DNA of 60,073 nucleotides, filler included, from Sphacelaria rigidula (taxonomy: Eukaryota), in NCBI GenBank assembly GCA_964200075.2. It is 9 parts of 9 records of this genome, joined end to end, with 100 filler letters (N's around TTAATTAATTAA, not from the genome) between each part and the next. Parts side by side here need not be neighbours in the genome. Positions count along the whole stretch, not along the records: positions 20,059 to 26,644 come from CAXNAA020019203.1; positions 26,745 to 33,330 come from CAXNAA020019204.1; positions 33,431 to 40,016 come from CAXNAA020019205.1; 6 more parts are not named here. The stretch is one strand, 5' to 3'. The translations under genes were made by a program, and so were the position numbers. The notes beneath the pieces were generated by a model. It did no database searches and was not told the origin of the DNA. It saw only the letters and a program-made list of their open reading frames with translations. Below, in pieces: positions 24,671 to 36,605 of the stretch; positions within the stretch are counted from its first letter, which is position 1; each line of letters begins with the position of its first letter.

Positions 24671-25688
24671 GAGAAGTGTGAAATTGGTAGCGAAAGCGTA
24701 GCATACGACACGCCACACGCTACACGTAACACTACACATCACCCTTACTCAGAGAGTCAGACCACGCGTTGTGTAGGCAAAAGGAGTAAGCGTGAACTGC
24801 TGTTTAGTCTAAAGATCTGTTTTCGCTTCCTCACTGGGAAACGATAACAATGTTGGTGTTTCTTCCTGACAAAAATTGATGCTATGTCTTGTCGCCTATC
24901 GCTAATGTACGATTATTGCGTCATCGTTTATTCTGTAGAGCGAAATCGCCCAGGGAGAGGGTGTGTTGGCATGGTTTGGCGTGGTTTCCAGCGTCTAGTG
25001 TCTTCCGTTGTTTGCTGTTTCGCTGTTTTTCGACACAGAAGCGGTACGCTTTTTCCATACAAAGTTGAGGAATGGCATGACCCTGCTCCTCCCTCGTATC
25101 GTTGGGCATTAGGTTGCAGGAGCGGGCGGGGTGTGGGGTGCATACAGTACTGGGCGCCTGTACTGTTCAGGGTGGCATTCTCGCGTACTACTCTTCGATA
25201 GAGATCCAAAGTGCTAGCGTCGGTAGATTTTGGTGAAATAATCAGATAATTCTCATGAAAAAGTGCCGAAGTTAGTGTTACTTATGGTTATCGGGCGATA
25301 CGAGAAGATAACCCGTTTATAAGGAGGGTATTATTGACCGTGGAACACAGTTATTCGGCTCTGGTGCAGTAGGTAGAATTTCGAAACAATAAAACTGTAC
25401 ATTTCATCACACCAACGATCGGGACAGGCTGGATCGACCGAAAGTTCCGAAGATTTAGAATTTGTGCTGAAACCTTGCAGGACCCACGATGACCGGTCAG
25501 TCCGTGAGTCACTTAATGTTCAGCACATATTATTTTTGTTTTTATTGAATGTAGAGTGATACAGGTATCTTCAGATCCCCAATGTAGTGGGCGGTGACAA
25601 TCGTGAGAGCCTAGGCATATCGCCAATGACGACGATATTAAAGGATTTACTCAGAACCCCTTTGTCGTGGTCGCTAGAGTTGGCGCAA

Positions 25689-25969
25689 TGGTAGTTAAGC
25701 CAAGCAAGCAGACAGGCTGCTTCGGAGTGTAGACAGAGGATAGTGTTTAAGGTGCCGCTTTTGGGCAAGACAGATACAAAGCACCCACCGGGGTACAAGG
25801 TCAAAAAGAAGAGTACTTCATGTATAACAACTGCTATCCCACAGTACACGCCCCCCACATCAGACCAAACCTTCGTGACCGGTACCTGCGATCCCAACAC
25901 TACATATATATAAAGTTAATACCATACGAAGCGTTGAAGAGCATGGCTTCATAGCCTCATTTTCTAACA
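25689..25969 (-). mobile_element. 3' LTR of Ty1/copia element
   Basis: On the minus strand the polypurine tract TGAGGGGGAG (25970-25979) directly precedes TGTTAG. A matching CTACCA end lies at 25689, and there is a TATA-like run at ~25902-25913. The distal boundary is inferred. Confidence 0.7.
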
Positions 25970-26111
25970 CTCCCCCTCAACGCACGTGTAACTCTCAACC
26001 CTTCACACCCCCCCTTGATGCAGTACGTACTAGTTCCAAACACCCACATCAGTACAACCGTCCCGGTACTCAAGGACGAAATAAGAACTCAAAGCTACGA
26101 CCAGGCTGTAC

Positions 26112-26644
26112 TCATATTTTGAATGTGCTGATCAGCTTGACGAGATGGCGGTGCCTGTGTTTGCTGAGGTACTTGGTCCCTATGTTTGCAACTTGATCTT
26201 CGGTCGTGACGTAACGAATGTCGATCCTTCCCTTCTTGACTAATTCCTGAATGAAGAAATACCGTAGAGCTACGTGCTTGACTCTTGAGCTGTAAGTTCG
26301 GTTCCCTGCGACGTGGAGAGTTGAAGTGTTGTCGACGTAGACAGGAACGAAGTCGAAGCGTGTGCCAAATCCCATCCCCCGCATCATATTCGAGCAAAAT
26401 ATGCCTTCCTTCATGGTGAGTGCAGCGGCCACGAGTTCTGCTTCCATCGTTGATTGTGCGGTGAGTCCTTGTAGTCCTACCTTAAAACTGATGGGGCCAT
26501 TCGAGAGAAAAATAAGATATGATGATGTAGACTTCCCGTTGTCTGGGTTGTTACCCCAGTTCGCATCTGAGAACGCCGTCAATTGGAAACCGCCCTGGTT
26601 GTAGGTTATGACATGATCTGTAGTGCCGGCCAAATATCGAAGTA
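26112..26644 (-). mobile_element. Ty1/copia pol C-terminus (RNase H), open to the contig end
   Basis: LRYLAGT...AFSDANWG...KSTSSY...STMEAELVA...YVDN...KHVALRYFFIQE...EDQVANIGTK contains the canonical copia RNase H motifs. Confidence 0.95.
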
Positions 26645-27186
26645 NNNNNNNNNNNNNNNNNNNNNNNNNNNNNNNNNNNNNNNNNNNNTTAATTAATTAA
26701 NNNNNNNNNNNNNNNNNNNNNNNNNNNNNNNNNNNNNNNNNNNNGGTCGGGGGGGGGGAGCTGGAGAAGGGTGGGGAGCAAGGGGGGGGGGGGCGGGGGG
26801 GGGGGGGCGGGAAAGGAAGCAGCATAAACAGCCACGGGTTACACCTCGTGGGTATCTCACCATATAAACACTACGTAGTGCGATCATCCTCTCTGCGCGG
26901 AGTTTGGGTTCTGCAAATATTTATAATAATAACCCCGCCCTGTGTGATCAAGCTCGACCACCATCATGGTTACCGCAAAAAACAAAATGCAATCGGAAAA
27001 AAACAAAATAGAAACCTAGTTGACTAGCTTACGCAGTGAGCCGCGTGTTTGACAGCGTCATTGGCAACCGACGCAGACCGTCGGGGGAGGTTTGGGGAGA
27101 AAGGTCTTCAACTACAACCAAAAAGAAGCCAGCATTCTATGTTCCCCGGACTTGAAAAAAAATCACAGAATCTACGACAGCAGCAC

Positions 27187-27336
27187 CTGAAGGAATGGAT
27201 CAGTGACTCCAGCGACATCGTACTCCGACGAGAAGCCGGTGTTCAGCAGGTTCCTCATCAGTCGCACCAAGGCCGGGATCACCTTCACCAGGTTCGCGGC
27301 CTGCTTCTTGTCTATCTCCAGGATGGCGATCAGCAG
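27187..27336 (-). CDS. AP1G1: Exon of AP-1 complex subunit gamma (gamma-adaptin)
   Basis: aatcag|LLIAILEIDKKQAANLVKVIPALVRLMRNLLNTGFSSEYDVAGVTDPFLQ|gtgc. EYDVxGxxDPFLQ is diagnostic of gamma-adaptin. Confidence 0.92.
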
Positions 27337-27655
27337 CTGATTCATTTACATTGCGTGGAATCAATCAACCAGTCACAGCGCGGGGGAGGGGGTGGACGCG
27401 AGGAAGATCCACTCACGGATATGTGGCGTACAGTAGATCCGTCCATCATAAGTTCTTGTCCTTCTTTCCATCAATGTTCCACAAAATGGGGGGTAAATTC
27501 TCTCCCCCTCACCTCCGTCCCCTATTATCTCTCCCCTATGATGACAGAGCCTGGTCCGGCAAAAACCCGGCGTGCGCCGTCCCGGTTTTATAGGGATGCG
27601 AGGTCAATGGTCACACGACTACGGCATGCAAGATGATGAGTATATGGTGACACAC

Positions 27656-27760
27656 CTGAACTCCACAAATGACAACGCCGTGACTCCTCTCGAGGACCAG
27701 AGCCCCCACGCGCTCCACGAAGTCTTCCACCAACTCTGGGCACTTGCGGAGCACCCGAAC
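27656..27760 (-). CDS. AP1G1: Exon of AP-1 gamma-adaptin
   Basis: tgcag|VRVLRKCPELVEDFVERVGALVLERSHGVVICGVQ|gtgtg. Phase 0 on both sides. Confidence 0.9.
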
Positions 27761-30109
27761 CTGCAGATAGAAGTCGCGGCAAACGCCTCACCCTTTAGCT
27801 TTACACGAACCGGATTTCTTGTTTCACTCGCATTTGCGCTTGGCATTTGCGTCGACAAATCCACACAGAACACAAACGCACAACTTCGAATCGCTTTGCA
27901 AACCCCGTGAGATGGAAAGTGGCGTTTCTCGACACAGCTACACTGCACGGGTCGGCAGTGGCAAGAAGGGTGCGTAGAGAGGGCGAAAACAGTTGTTTGA
28001 GAGGTGAGGTGTGTTCTAATCGAAGGGGACTTTCCCCTTCCTCAAAGTTTCGTTTCTTCCCGGGTACGTCCATCATGTGACACGACTGGATCCCTGGGGG
28101 TCAGTTCAATTGCGACAATTAATGAACCAAATGAATCAAATGAATGACTCAATCAAAACCCCCTTTCTCGGCCATTTTGGAAAAACGATCGCTGAGTTGT
28201 CGCTGCGATACCACCCTCCGAAAAGTGTGCCCGAAAATCCCCTTTTTAAAAGGGGATTTTCGGACACCCCGAAGGGAAACATTCGTCCATGTCCCGTTGA
28301 CAGGGGCACGTGCAAAGGCTCGCCACACAACTCAGCACAATCAGAGGTGAAGTTGAGAAACTTGGTGCCACCGCAAACTAACGACAAACAGCTCCAGCCG
28401 TAGATGCTCATCAGCTGAGCACGTTGAGCGTGACCTTGCTCAAATCTTTTCAATCTTCAGTGAGAAATGATTTGCGTCAGACGCGCGCACAGAACACGCA
28501 CACAAACGGTCAGCAACGACACCTTCTCGGTAAATTTTGACACGCACGCGGCTACCATTCATCCAATATAGAACGGGTTTCCGCCAAACAAAGACTACCG
28601 TGTGTAGATTAGCAAAAGCTAGCGTTGGAACTAATGCGCGTCAGCAGTGGGTGTCTGTGCGTGTTGTTTCGGGGCTGGGTGTGTAGGTGTTGTGTTGCCT
28701 TGTTGGGTCTTGTTTGTACAAGTAGCATTGCAGAGACCTTGGACTAACGACCACTTCCAGAGCCGCCACATTTCTGGAGGTTAGTTGACCGGCGTTGGGC
28801 TACAAATATCCATGCTTGACCCAATTCTACAAGGATCGTTACCCCCTAACCCTAACCCCAACCCAGCGCATACCGAGAACCCTCGGTCAAGGGCGGAACA
28901 TACCTCCCCTAGGCAACGTGCGGCCTTGGTAGATCCCTGATCGGCGCCTGTGGCGCCGATTTAAACGAAAACGCGTTCTGCGCACGCGAGGAGCACACGG
29001 GACCGTCAGCCCTTCTAAAGATCCGATTCTCGTTGTTCACACAAAAATCATATAATTACCAACCATGGACATACGTAGCCCAACGCCGGTCAACTCTACT
29101 GAATTTCTGAGACTGTGGGCAGATCTCGGCTTCGATCTGGACAAAACTACTGCTTCCCGAAAAAAACTTGAAAGTGGTGGTTGCGGGGGCAATCCCCTTC
29201 CAAAGGGGATTTTCACAAAACGGGATAGTCCCCTTGGATAAGAAGCCACCAACAAAACGAATAAAAAGAATCGACAAACGTGCCTTGTATGCCCACTTAG
29301 TATACAGTGAAAAAAACCATTAAAAAACAGTGAAAGTAACCACCGGATACGAGATCCCCTCTCTTCCTCATTACTCTTGATGAACAATGTTTCCGACACT
29401 TACGAACAAGAACACTTACAAGCTCTGCCAGCAACCTCCGTGCCCCCCAAACGGCCCAATATCTCAAACAACTTCTACCATTATAAAAACTCCCATGTAT
29501 ACGCTTTCCTGCGTCCATCACCCCTGCTATGCTACTCTGTGCCCTGCCTATATGTATTTTCACTGCTTCTATATGTAGATTTTCGCAGCATTGGTCTGAG
29601 ACATCTCGGGATAGCGTCGGCAGATAATAATCTGTCTACGAAACAGAGCTAATCCTTCACCCTGAGAAAAGCAACAGTCTAACGTGACACATGCAAGGCG
29701 TTACACGGCCGACGGGAATTGCCTGAGACCACGAGCGAATACGTGAAGCTGAGGGGAGGGAGGGAGGGAAGGAAGAGGGGACCATCCCAAATCTTGGACC
29801 ATTCATCTCCTTTTTTTTTTTTGCTGAAAGCCACAGACAAGCCAAGAGGTTCTGCACGCGTTGAACCGCGTGCACAAACAACACGCAAAGCTGCTACGAG
29901 GTTTCAGGTATACATGAGGTGTTGTTCCATCCACAGTACAGCAGCAACTCCAAAGAGGGCTGTCGCCCGCACTTCCAGTTACAGTCCTCCGCGAGAACAA
30001 GCCACCCAGAATATAACAGGGGTCCCGATCCCTGAAAACAAAAGGGCTACATTAGGAGCGGGCCAAAAATCAGACGCCATGACAGCAACGAAGCTAACAA
30101 AGGTCTCAC

Positions 30110-30253
30110 CGTGCACAAGGCAGCTTTTTTCCTCAGGTTGGACGATGTGCCAGGCTTAAGATGCTTGTCCACTTCCATCGCCAGATCTCTCGACATATCC
30201 GCAGTTGCGAGGTTGCCTACGGCGCACAGGGCCAACCCCACCACTTGGGGTAC
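30110..30253 (-). CDS. AP1G1: Exon of AP-1 gamma-adaptin
   Basis: ggcag|[48 protein letters not shown]|gtgag. VGLALC, MxRDLA and RKKAALC are adaptin motifs. Confidence 0.92.
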
Positions 30254-32428
30254 CTGCCAAACAAGAAAGAGGAAAAAAAGGAAGCGAAAATGAAGATCGC
30301 CATGAAGATCGCGTCAGGGTGTTGGCGCCAAATCTTTTGAGGGGGAAGGGGGGTGGTCGGTGGTCGGTGGTGGGTGGTGGGGCGGGGGTGCAGTGGTGCG
30401 ACTCAAGATCTCAATCGGACCAATCAACCGTGGAACATCAGTCGTAGTGCGATCCTAAAGACGAAGGAAGACATTGCTCGCAGGTGTGAATGGCGTACAA
30501 CGGGCATCATGGGCCTCCTGCAACATGGAGAGTACAGTGCACCATTGAAATTGCGTAGCAGAGTACACGACATAGCTGCAGACAAGTGTTGCACAGTCCA
30601 GTTCGTAGCCATAACATCGAACAATTTACTATATAATCATCGTTGCGGTATGTACTGAGATGTCGAGAACAAGATCAAACCTTTGGGTGACTGTCCTGAC
30701 TGCCATCAAATATATGTGAGTATATATATATATATATATCAGTTAACGGAGAGATCGTATCGTAGCAGAGTATTCTTTTGGGCAATTCTACACAGACAGT
30801 TCATCATCTTCCACCCTAACGAGCACAGGGATAATTAACTACGACACGGTGATCCAAGAAATCTTGGCGAAGTTTTTCTTCGCCAGTTTTCTGAGGTCCT
30901 TCGTTCATATTTCACCGAAGAAAGGGCAGACGCAACGCATGCGACGACACTTTTTTTTATCGAATCGGTTGAGCGGGAATGTTTCTGTAGAGACATGACT
31001 ACTGCCGAGATAGCACCCCCCCCGAACCGGCCAAAAAAGTGCACGGAGGCGATGATCATAAACGCCGTTAGAGCTGGTTTCGTGTTTCACGAAGCGACTC
31101 ATTTGGGCGTTATAGCTGATTTCGGACTATTGCACGCCTTTCGTGTGAGCGAAATTGCTGCAAACGAGCCCAATAGTAGGATCGCAGCCGGTTTGTTGGA
31201 CGGCTCTGGTGCACTTTTTGTGGGGGGGCTATCTCGGCATTAGTCACATATGCCTATGTTTTCTCTTTTTTTCTTCTCTTGTTACATCCCACAGAAGCCA
31301 TATGGCAGATAACGTTCATTTCTACTTTTTTTCTTTCCTTCCGTAGTCTACTCGGTTAGCCTGTTTCAACTTCTCGGTTAGTCTGTTTCAACTTCCGTTT
31401 ACCTTTTTCACGTTTCTTCAGCGAGTGTTTCAGTTTGGTTTTGTCTCGTCTACGTCGATCACGTGGATCATGACCATGGCTGGATCATGACTACCTGGGG
31501 TATCAGTTTAAGTGCGACAAGGATTTGAAAAAAAAATCTCGTGTACGTCGTATAACTAATATAACACAGTACAATGCCCACTATCCCGGTTTCTCAGGGG
31601 ATTCACTCTTACCTCTCGTGCAATGGTGAAATTTCATACCAAGAAAAGTCGAAGCATCAAGTACAACAAGATAACACAACAGGAAAATGATTTACATTGA
31701 AAACAAAATTACATGGTTTGCGCAGACTTCTCTACTACTGTACTGCTACAACTTATAACAAAATGGCTTCATATACCGCGGCTATTCGTTTTGGTGAATT
31801 GGCTTTGCACGGGGTGATTTGACTGACATGATTTGATTGATTGTCGCACACTAACTGTTGTACTTGATCATCATGCCCTCGACAAAAGAAAACACAGTCG
31901 AAAAGTGTACTGCGACTATTGCGCCTATTGCAACAGACAACAGATTACATAGTGTGCGCAGCACATTTTTTGACAACAGAATATATCGTCCAGGGTGTGG
32001 TCATTATCCAGAAGATAGACGTACCTAAGGAAAAGAAAAATGGAAACGCTGGCGTAAACATATAGAGAAATAAGCGACCCCTGCAACGTGGCAAAGGTGG
32101 AAAAAACATCTTGCGCGAAAAAGTATCAGAATCTAGACAAAAAATACCGGTAGTCACGTGCAAGGAATCACGAGTGTCCACCGAGGAAATACACACGAAA
32201 AAAAAAACACAATAATGACAATGAGCAACAAGGGGAAAGGAGACACAATTAAAGGAGAAATAACGCGGACCATATGCGCGCAGTTCCCACGTCAAACATC
32301 ACCCTCACACGACATTTGAAAAGCCGGTCAAGTCCAAACAACAGTCGGTACGGAACGACGGTCTCCACGGAGACACTCCACCTTTAATTTCGTTTGCCTT
32401 GATCCATTTTCCAAAAGTGCGTCAACTA

Positions 32429-32967
32429 CAGTGGTGGGCGGTCTAACTCTTCGGCGGGGTTTTGAGGTTTTCCTCGCGTACTATTCTTCGATAGAACTCG
32501 AAATTGCTAGCGGCGGTAGATTTCGGTGCAATAAACAGATCGTCCTCAAAACACAGTGCTAGTTGGTGTTATCGGGTGAAACGAGAAAATACCCCGTTTA
32601 TCAGGAAGGTGTTTTTGACCGTGAAACACAGTTTTCTGGCTCTGGTGCAATGAATAGGCAGAATTTCAGAAAAATACAACTGTACATTGTTTCACAAGTA
32701 TGATCGGGACAGGCTCGATCGGCCGAAAATACCCAAGAGTAAGAATCTGGGCTGAAACGTCGCAGGACCCCCGATTACCGGTCAGCCCGTAAGTCACTCA
32801 ATATTGAGTACAGATGATTTTCTTTGTCTTGGAATGTGGCGCGGATACAAATATCTTCAGATCCTCGATGTGATAAATGGCGGCAAGCGAAAAAAGCCCA
32901 AGAAAATCGCCGATTACGAAGAAATCACAAAATGCCTCAAAATGAATAGCTAGACCGCCCACTACTG
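32429..32967. mobile_element. Tc1/mariner-type MITE (CAGT... TIR, TA duplication) in an AP1G intron
   Basis: TA|cagtggtgggcggtcta...tagaccgcccactactg|TA. The interior is homologous to ~25145-25650. Confidence 0.8.
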
Positions 32968-33104
32968 TAGACCAAACAAAGAGCGCGACTCGAAAAGAGG
33001 CGGCTACGTGAAATCACACGAAAAAAAGATTGAATGAGGAAAATGCTGTACGAGTGCAGGCGACGTTCTCTGGTTTATTTCGTCGGTGAAAATAAATACC
33101 TCAC

Positions 33105-33152
33105 CTCATGTGACAAATCGCTCTTCAGAGAGTTCGTCCCGAGCATCAGCAC
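33105..33152 (-). CDS. AP1G1: 48-nt exon of AP-1 gamma-adaptin
   Basis: accag|VLMLGTNSLKSDLSHE|gtgag. Matches VLMLxTNSLKxDL and splices in frame to 30253. Confidence 0.88.
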
Positions 33153-33242
33153 CTGGTTCATGGATTGCGTAAAAGAGGGGGAATAGACAAGCGCCGGAAA
33201 TAAGAAACACAAGCAAGGAAAACGCAATTTTTCGTCCCTCTT

Positions 33243-33277
<35 letters not shown>

Positions 33278-33430
33278 CCCCTCAACCCCCAAAAAACCCC
33301 CCCCCCACCCCCCCACTCCCCACCAACCCGNNNNNNNNNNNNNNNNNNNNNNNNNNNNNNNNNNNNNNNNNNNNTTAATTAATTAANNNNNNNNNNNNNN
33401 NNNNNNNNNNNNNNNNNNNNNNNNNNNNNN

Positions 33431-34369
33431 AGCACGGGGAGACGATAGATACCCTCACCTTCACCTAATTCGTGATCTATCTCGAGATATAGCGCACATA
33501 ATGTTCCATACTAAAATCAGTATATTATGAGCAGATGCGCTAGATTAGCTAAACCCGGATATCGCGTCTCAGTTTTTGAGAGTTATGCTATAAAATTTCG
33601 TATGGAGAACCGCTAGTGCAAAATAAAGCTTGTAAGCACAGCTTTTTCATTTTTTTTCGTTTTTTTTTCTTTCATTTTTTCGGGGTTTTGGGGCTGTTTC
33701 GAGGAGAAACGAACACTGCTTTTGGGCCTTATTTCAATTTTTGAGTTCAATTTTTAGAATTGTAATGTGAAACTCAGGATAAAGAACCAAAAAAGAAAAA
33801 AAATGGGCCCTCAGTTTTTTATTTTTTGGGAGAGGTCCGGGCGTTCTCGTAAAACAATGGCGGTTTCCATACTAAAACACCCTAAACCAGTGACAAAATA
33901 CGAAAAAATCAACCTGATCCACTTTGTTTCGTCAAATATACCCTCGCCACGGCCCACACAGAGTTTCGATACACAAACACCAAACGTGGGCCGGTAGGTG
34001 GCCTGCAAAATACTGTTCCGAATTTCTTCTGATCCCGTCACTAAACGGCCCATTATACGGTCAATACTTAGAGTTAGACCTTGAAATTTGGTATGGACAA
34101 TGAATAGGGCAAAATAAAAAAATACCAGTGCACACAAAGGTTTTTATTTTATTTTTTTCATGGGTTAAGGTCAATAATCAGTTTTCAGATATCGGTAAAA
34201 TGCCTCTAACCCATGGAAAAAGAAGAAGAAAAACCCTTGTGTGCACTGGTATTTTTTTTATTATTATGCCCTATTCATTTTCCATACCAAGTTTCAGGGT
34301 CCAGCTCTAAATATTGGCCGTACAATGGGCCTGCAAATTACAGAATTGCTTCTCGGCTGGCCTAGCTCG
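33431..34369. mobile_element. Long member of the CGAGCTGGGCC TIR family, truncated by the contig start
   Basis: Ends gctggcctagctcg|TA. It is the reverse-complement homologue of part of 50707-51843 (33431-33570 vs 51420-51567) and has an internal hairpin at ~34045-34335. Confidence 0.7.
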
Positions 34370-34671
34370 TAACCATAACGACAATTGTACAACGGCTGAG
34401 TCCCTCAGGGATCAGTCAATGTGCGGTAGTCGCATGAAGAATGAGGTCCGGCGAAAAACACGGCGAGCTCCGTGCCGGCTTTGTAGGGATGCGAGGTAAA
34501 TGGTCATATAACTACGGCATGCAGGGTCATGAGTGCACCCAAGGTTGAGGGGTTTGGGGGGTTTGGGGGGGGCGTACCTATTTGGTGCTTGCCTTAGTCG
34601 TGTGACCATTGACCACGCATCCCTTTCGAGACGGAGCACCACCGGTTCGGGGGGGGAAGGGGGGGGGTTAA

Positions 34672-35080
34672 GACCCAGTTTTATGTCAACGACTCTCGAT
34701 TTTTACAAATGTGGGGATTTCAGCCCGCCTAAAGGAGGTTTTCTCCCCTGGATTGATTATTCGGACCTCAGTCCGTTGGGTAATGTTTTTCGGCTAGCTG
34801 TGAGCAAACCAGATCACTTCTCCGATTCTCTGGACGTTCACTTGCGGTATACCACCTCTCTACTCAAATCGGGACACTCCCGCATCTCCCCCGATTTTTT
34901 TATACCGCAAGTAAACGTCCAGAGAATCGGAGAAGTGATCTGGTTTGCTCACAGCTAGCCGAAAAACATTGCACAACGGACTGGGGTCCGAAAAATCAAT
35001 CCACGGGAGAAAATCGCCTGTAGACGGGCTGAAATCTTCATATTTGTACAAATCGAGATTCGTTGCCATAAAAGTGGGTC
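34672..35080. mobile_element. 409-bp foldback MITE with TAA duplication (PIF/Harbinger/Tourist-like)
   Basis: TAA|gacccagttttatg...cataaaagtgggtc|TAA, with ~180-bp inverted arms around a ~50-bp centre. Confidence 0.75.
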
Positions 35081-36533
35081 TAATGTGACAAAATCCGGAA
35101 GCAGCTGCCTAACCCTCATTCCTGCGCGCGCTGCGCGCTGCGGAGCAACTAGGCAGTCAGCCCGCATGAGATCCGAAACGTCGTTGACCGTCAGTGATAA
35201 CAGAATCCTTTGACCCGCAATCTATTGAGTCGGCATCAGTTTTACGTGAAGAATGGACAAGTTCCAGGTGACACGAACGGGCGGCCGAAGGGTCAAATCG
35301 GTATTTCTTTTGCCGCAGCACAATCAGGCTGAGAGCCGTCGCATCTCGACTTCCTACCCCTATTCCTCAACCAGCGGAAACATATGCGTCTGCAGCAGCC
35401 CGTAGGTCCGGTCGTAAATACGCAGGACCACGAGAGGCACGCCCATGCTGACGCCCGAATACGTCAACTGCTGCTGCTGTTTTACCTTTACCAGGTACAC
35501 ACACAGCACAGTCGCACATCAGTACCGCACGTCCTAGCTAGCGTGGGCGTATCTGCGATGTAATCTACAGTGCTGTAGTGCCTCCATCGTGCTGGGTGCT
35601 GACTGTGCTGTACTACCCGTCCGTACATAGCAGTGTCTGTACTGACTGTCTATGCGCAGTACAAAAATGGCTCTTGAATTTTTGACGTGCGGATACTGTT
35701 GTCTGTTGCACATCAGTAAACCTGCTGTACATATCACCCCTAATCTAATCTACTCTAATTTACTCGCTGTACTATCATACAGGCATGGGTTGTTTTTTTG
35801 CTACACGAGGGTCTGCGACGGTCCTGGGGGATCCTATGATGACGAGATATAGACTGCCCGTGGTGGGGAAGAGCGTGCTTCCCGTCCTGCACATCGAACA
35901 CTGAAGACCCTCGACACCACCCTGGTGGTATCGGTCAACGTGCACCAGTCTCATCGTACCGCGTCCGAGGTGTGTGTCAAGTTGCACAATAACAGCACAG
36001 TTCCCGTACCTACAGTAAGCGCACCTCGCGGTGTGCCCGGGGAGAGCATTTGCCGTTGCATCACGCCATGCCTATGCTCCAGAGACTGCTAACTGCAGTG
36101 CCAGGTGACCTTGTGGATGCTGCTGCGGCGCAGTCAAGTACGGTTGCACTTGAGTACACAGACGGTTCTTCACTGACTGTGACTGTGTTGGGATATGAGT
36201 TGTGAGCGTACCATCTTCACCTGATGTAAACATGCTGATGCCAAGAGCAGAAGCGTACTGGCACCAGCAGCTAGCTTCCTTCCCGACAGCAAGAAAAGCT
36301 GCCCATGATTAAGATCTTCATCCTTTCGATAGACAGATCGATAGGTAGATCTTTCTTTTGCCATGCAGATCTTCGTTGGCCGAACCATCCTTCCCCCCCC
36401 CCCCCGTCTTTTGATCTTGTAGATAACTGTTGCACAAGCGACCTACCTGCGCAGCTGGCGTCCATGGTCGTGCGTGAATTATTTCCTACCATTTGAATAT
36501 ATTGTCAAATCTGAGATCACTGTCATCCGAGGA

Positions 36534-36605
36534 GCCCACATGGTCTAGTGGTATGATTCGACATTCGGGTTGTCGAGGTCCGGAGTTCGAATCTCCGTGT
36601 GGGCC
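36534..36605 (+). tRNA. trnP: tRNA-Pro (anticodon CGG)
   Basis: 72-nt cloverleaf: acceptor stem GCCCACA/TGTGGGC, Pro-type D region TGGTCTAGTGGTATGATT, anticodon arm CGACA-TTCGGGT-TGTCG, T arm CGGAG-TTCGAAT-CTCCG. A TTTTT Pol III terminator follows at 36611-36615. Confidence 0.85.

Noticed and set aside
27049..27636. 195-aa plus-strand ORF
   Set aside because: It is the antisense shadow of a gamma-adaptin exon plus repeat sequence.
28845..28864. Telomere-like CCCTAA repeats
   Set aside because: There are only two perfect units, inside an intron, which is too short to call a telomere.
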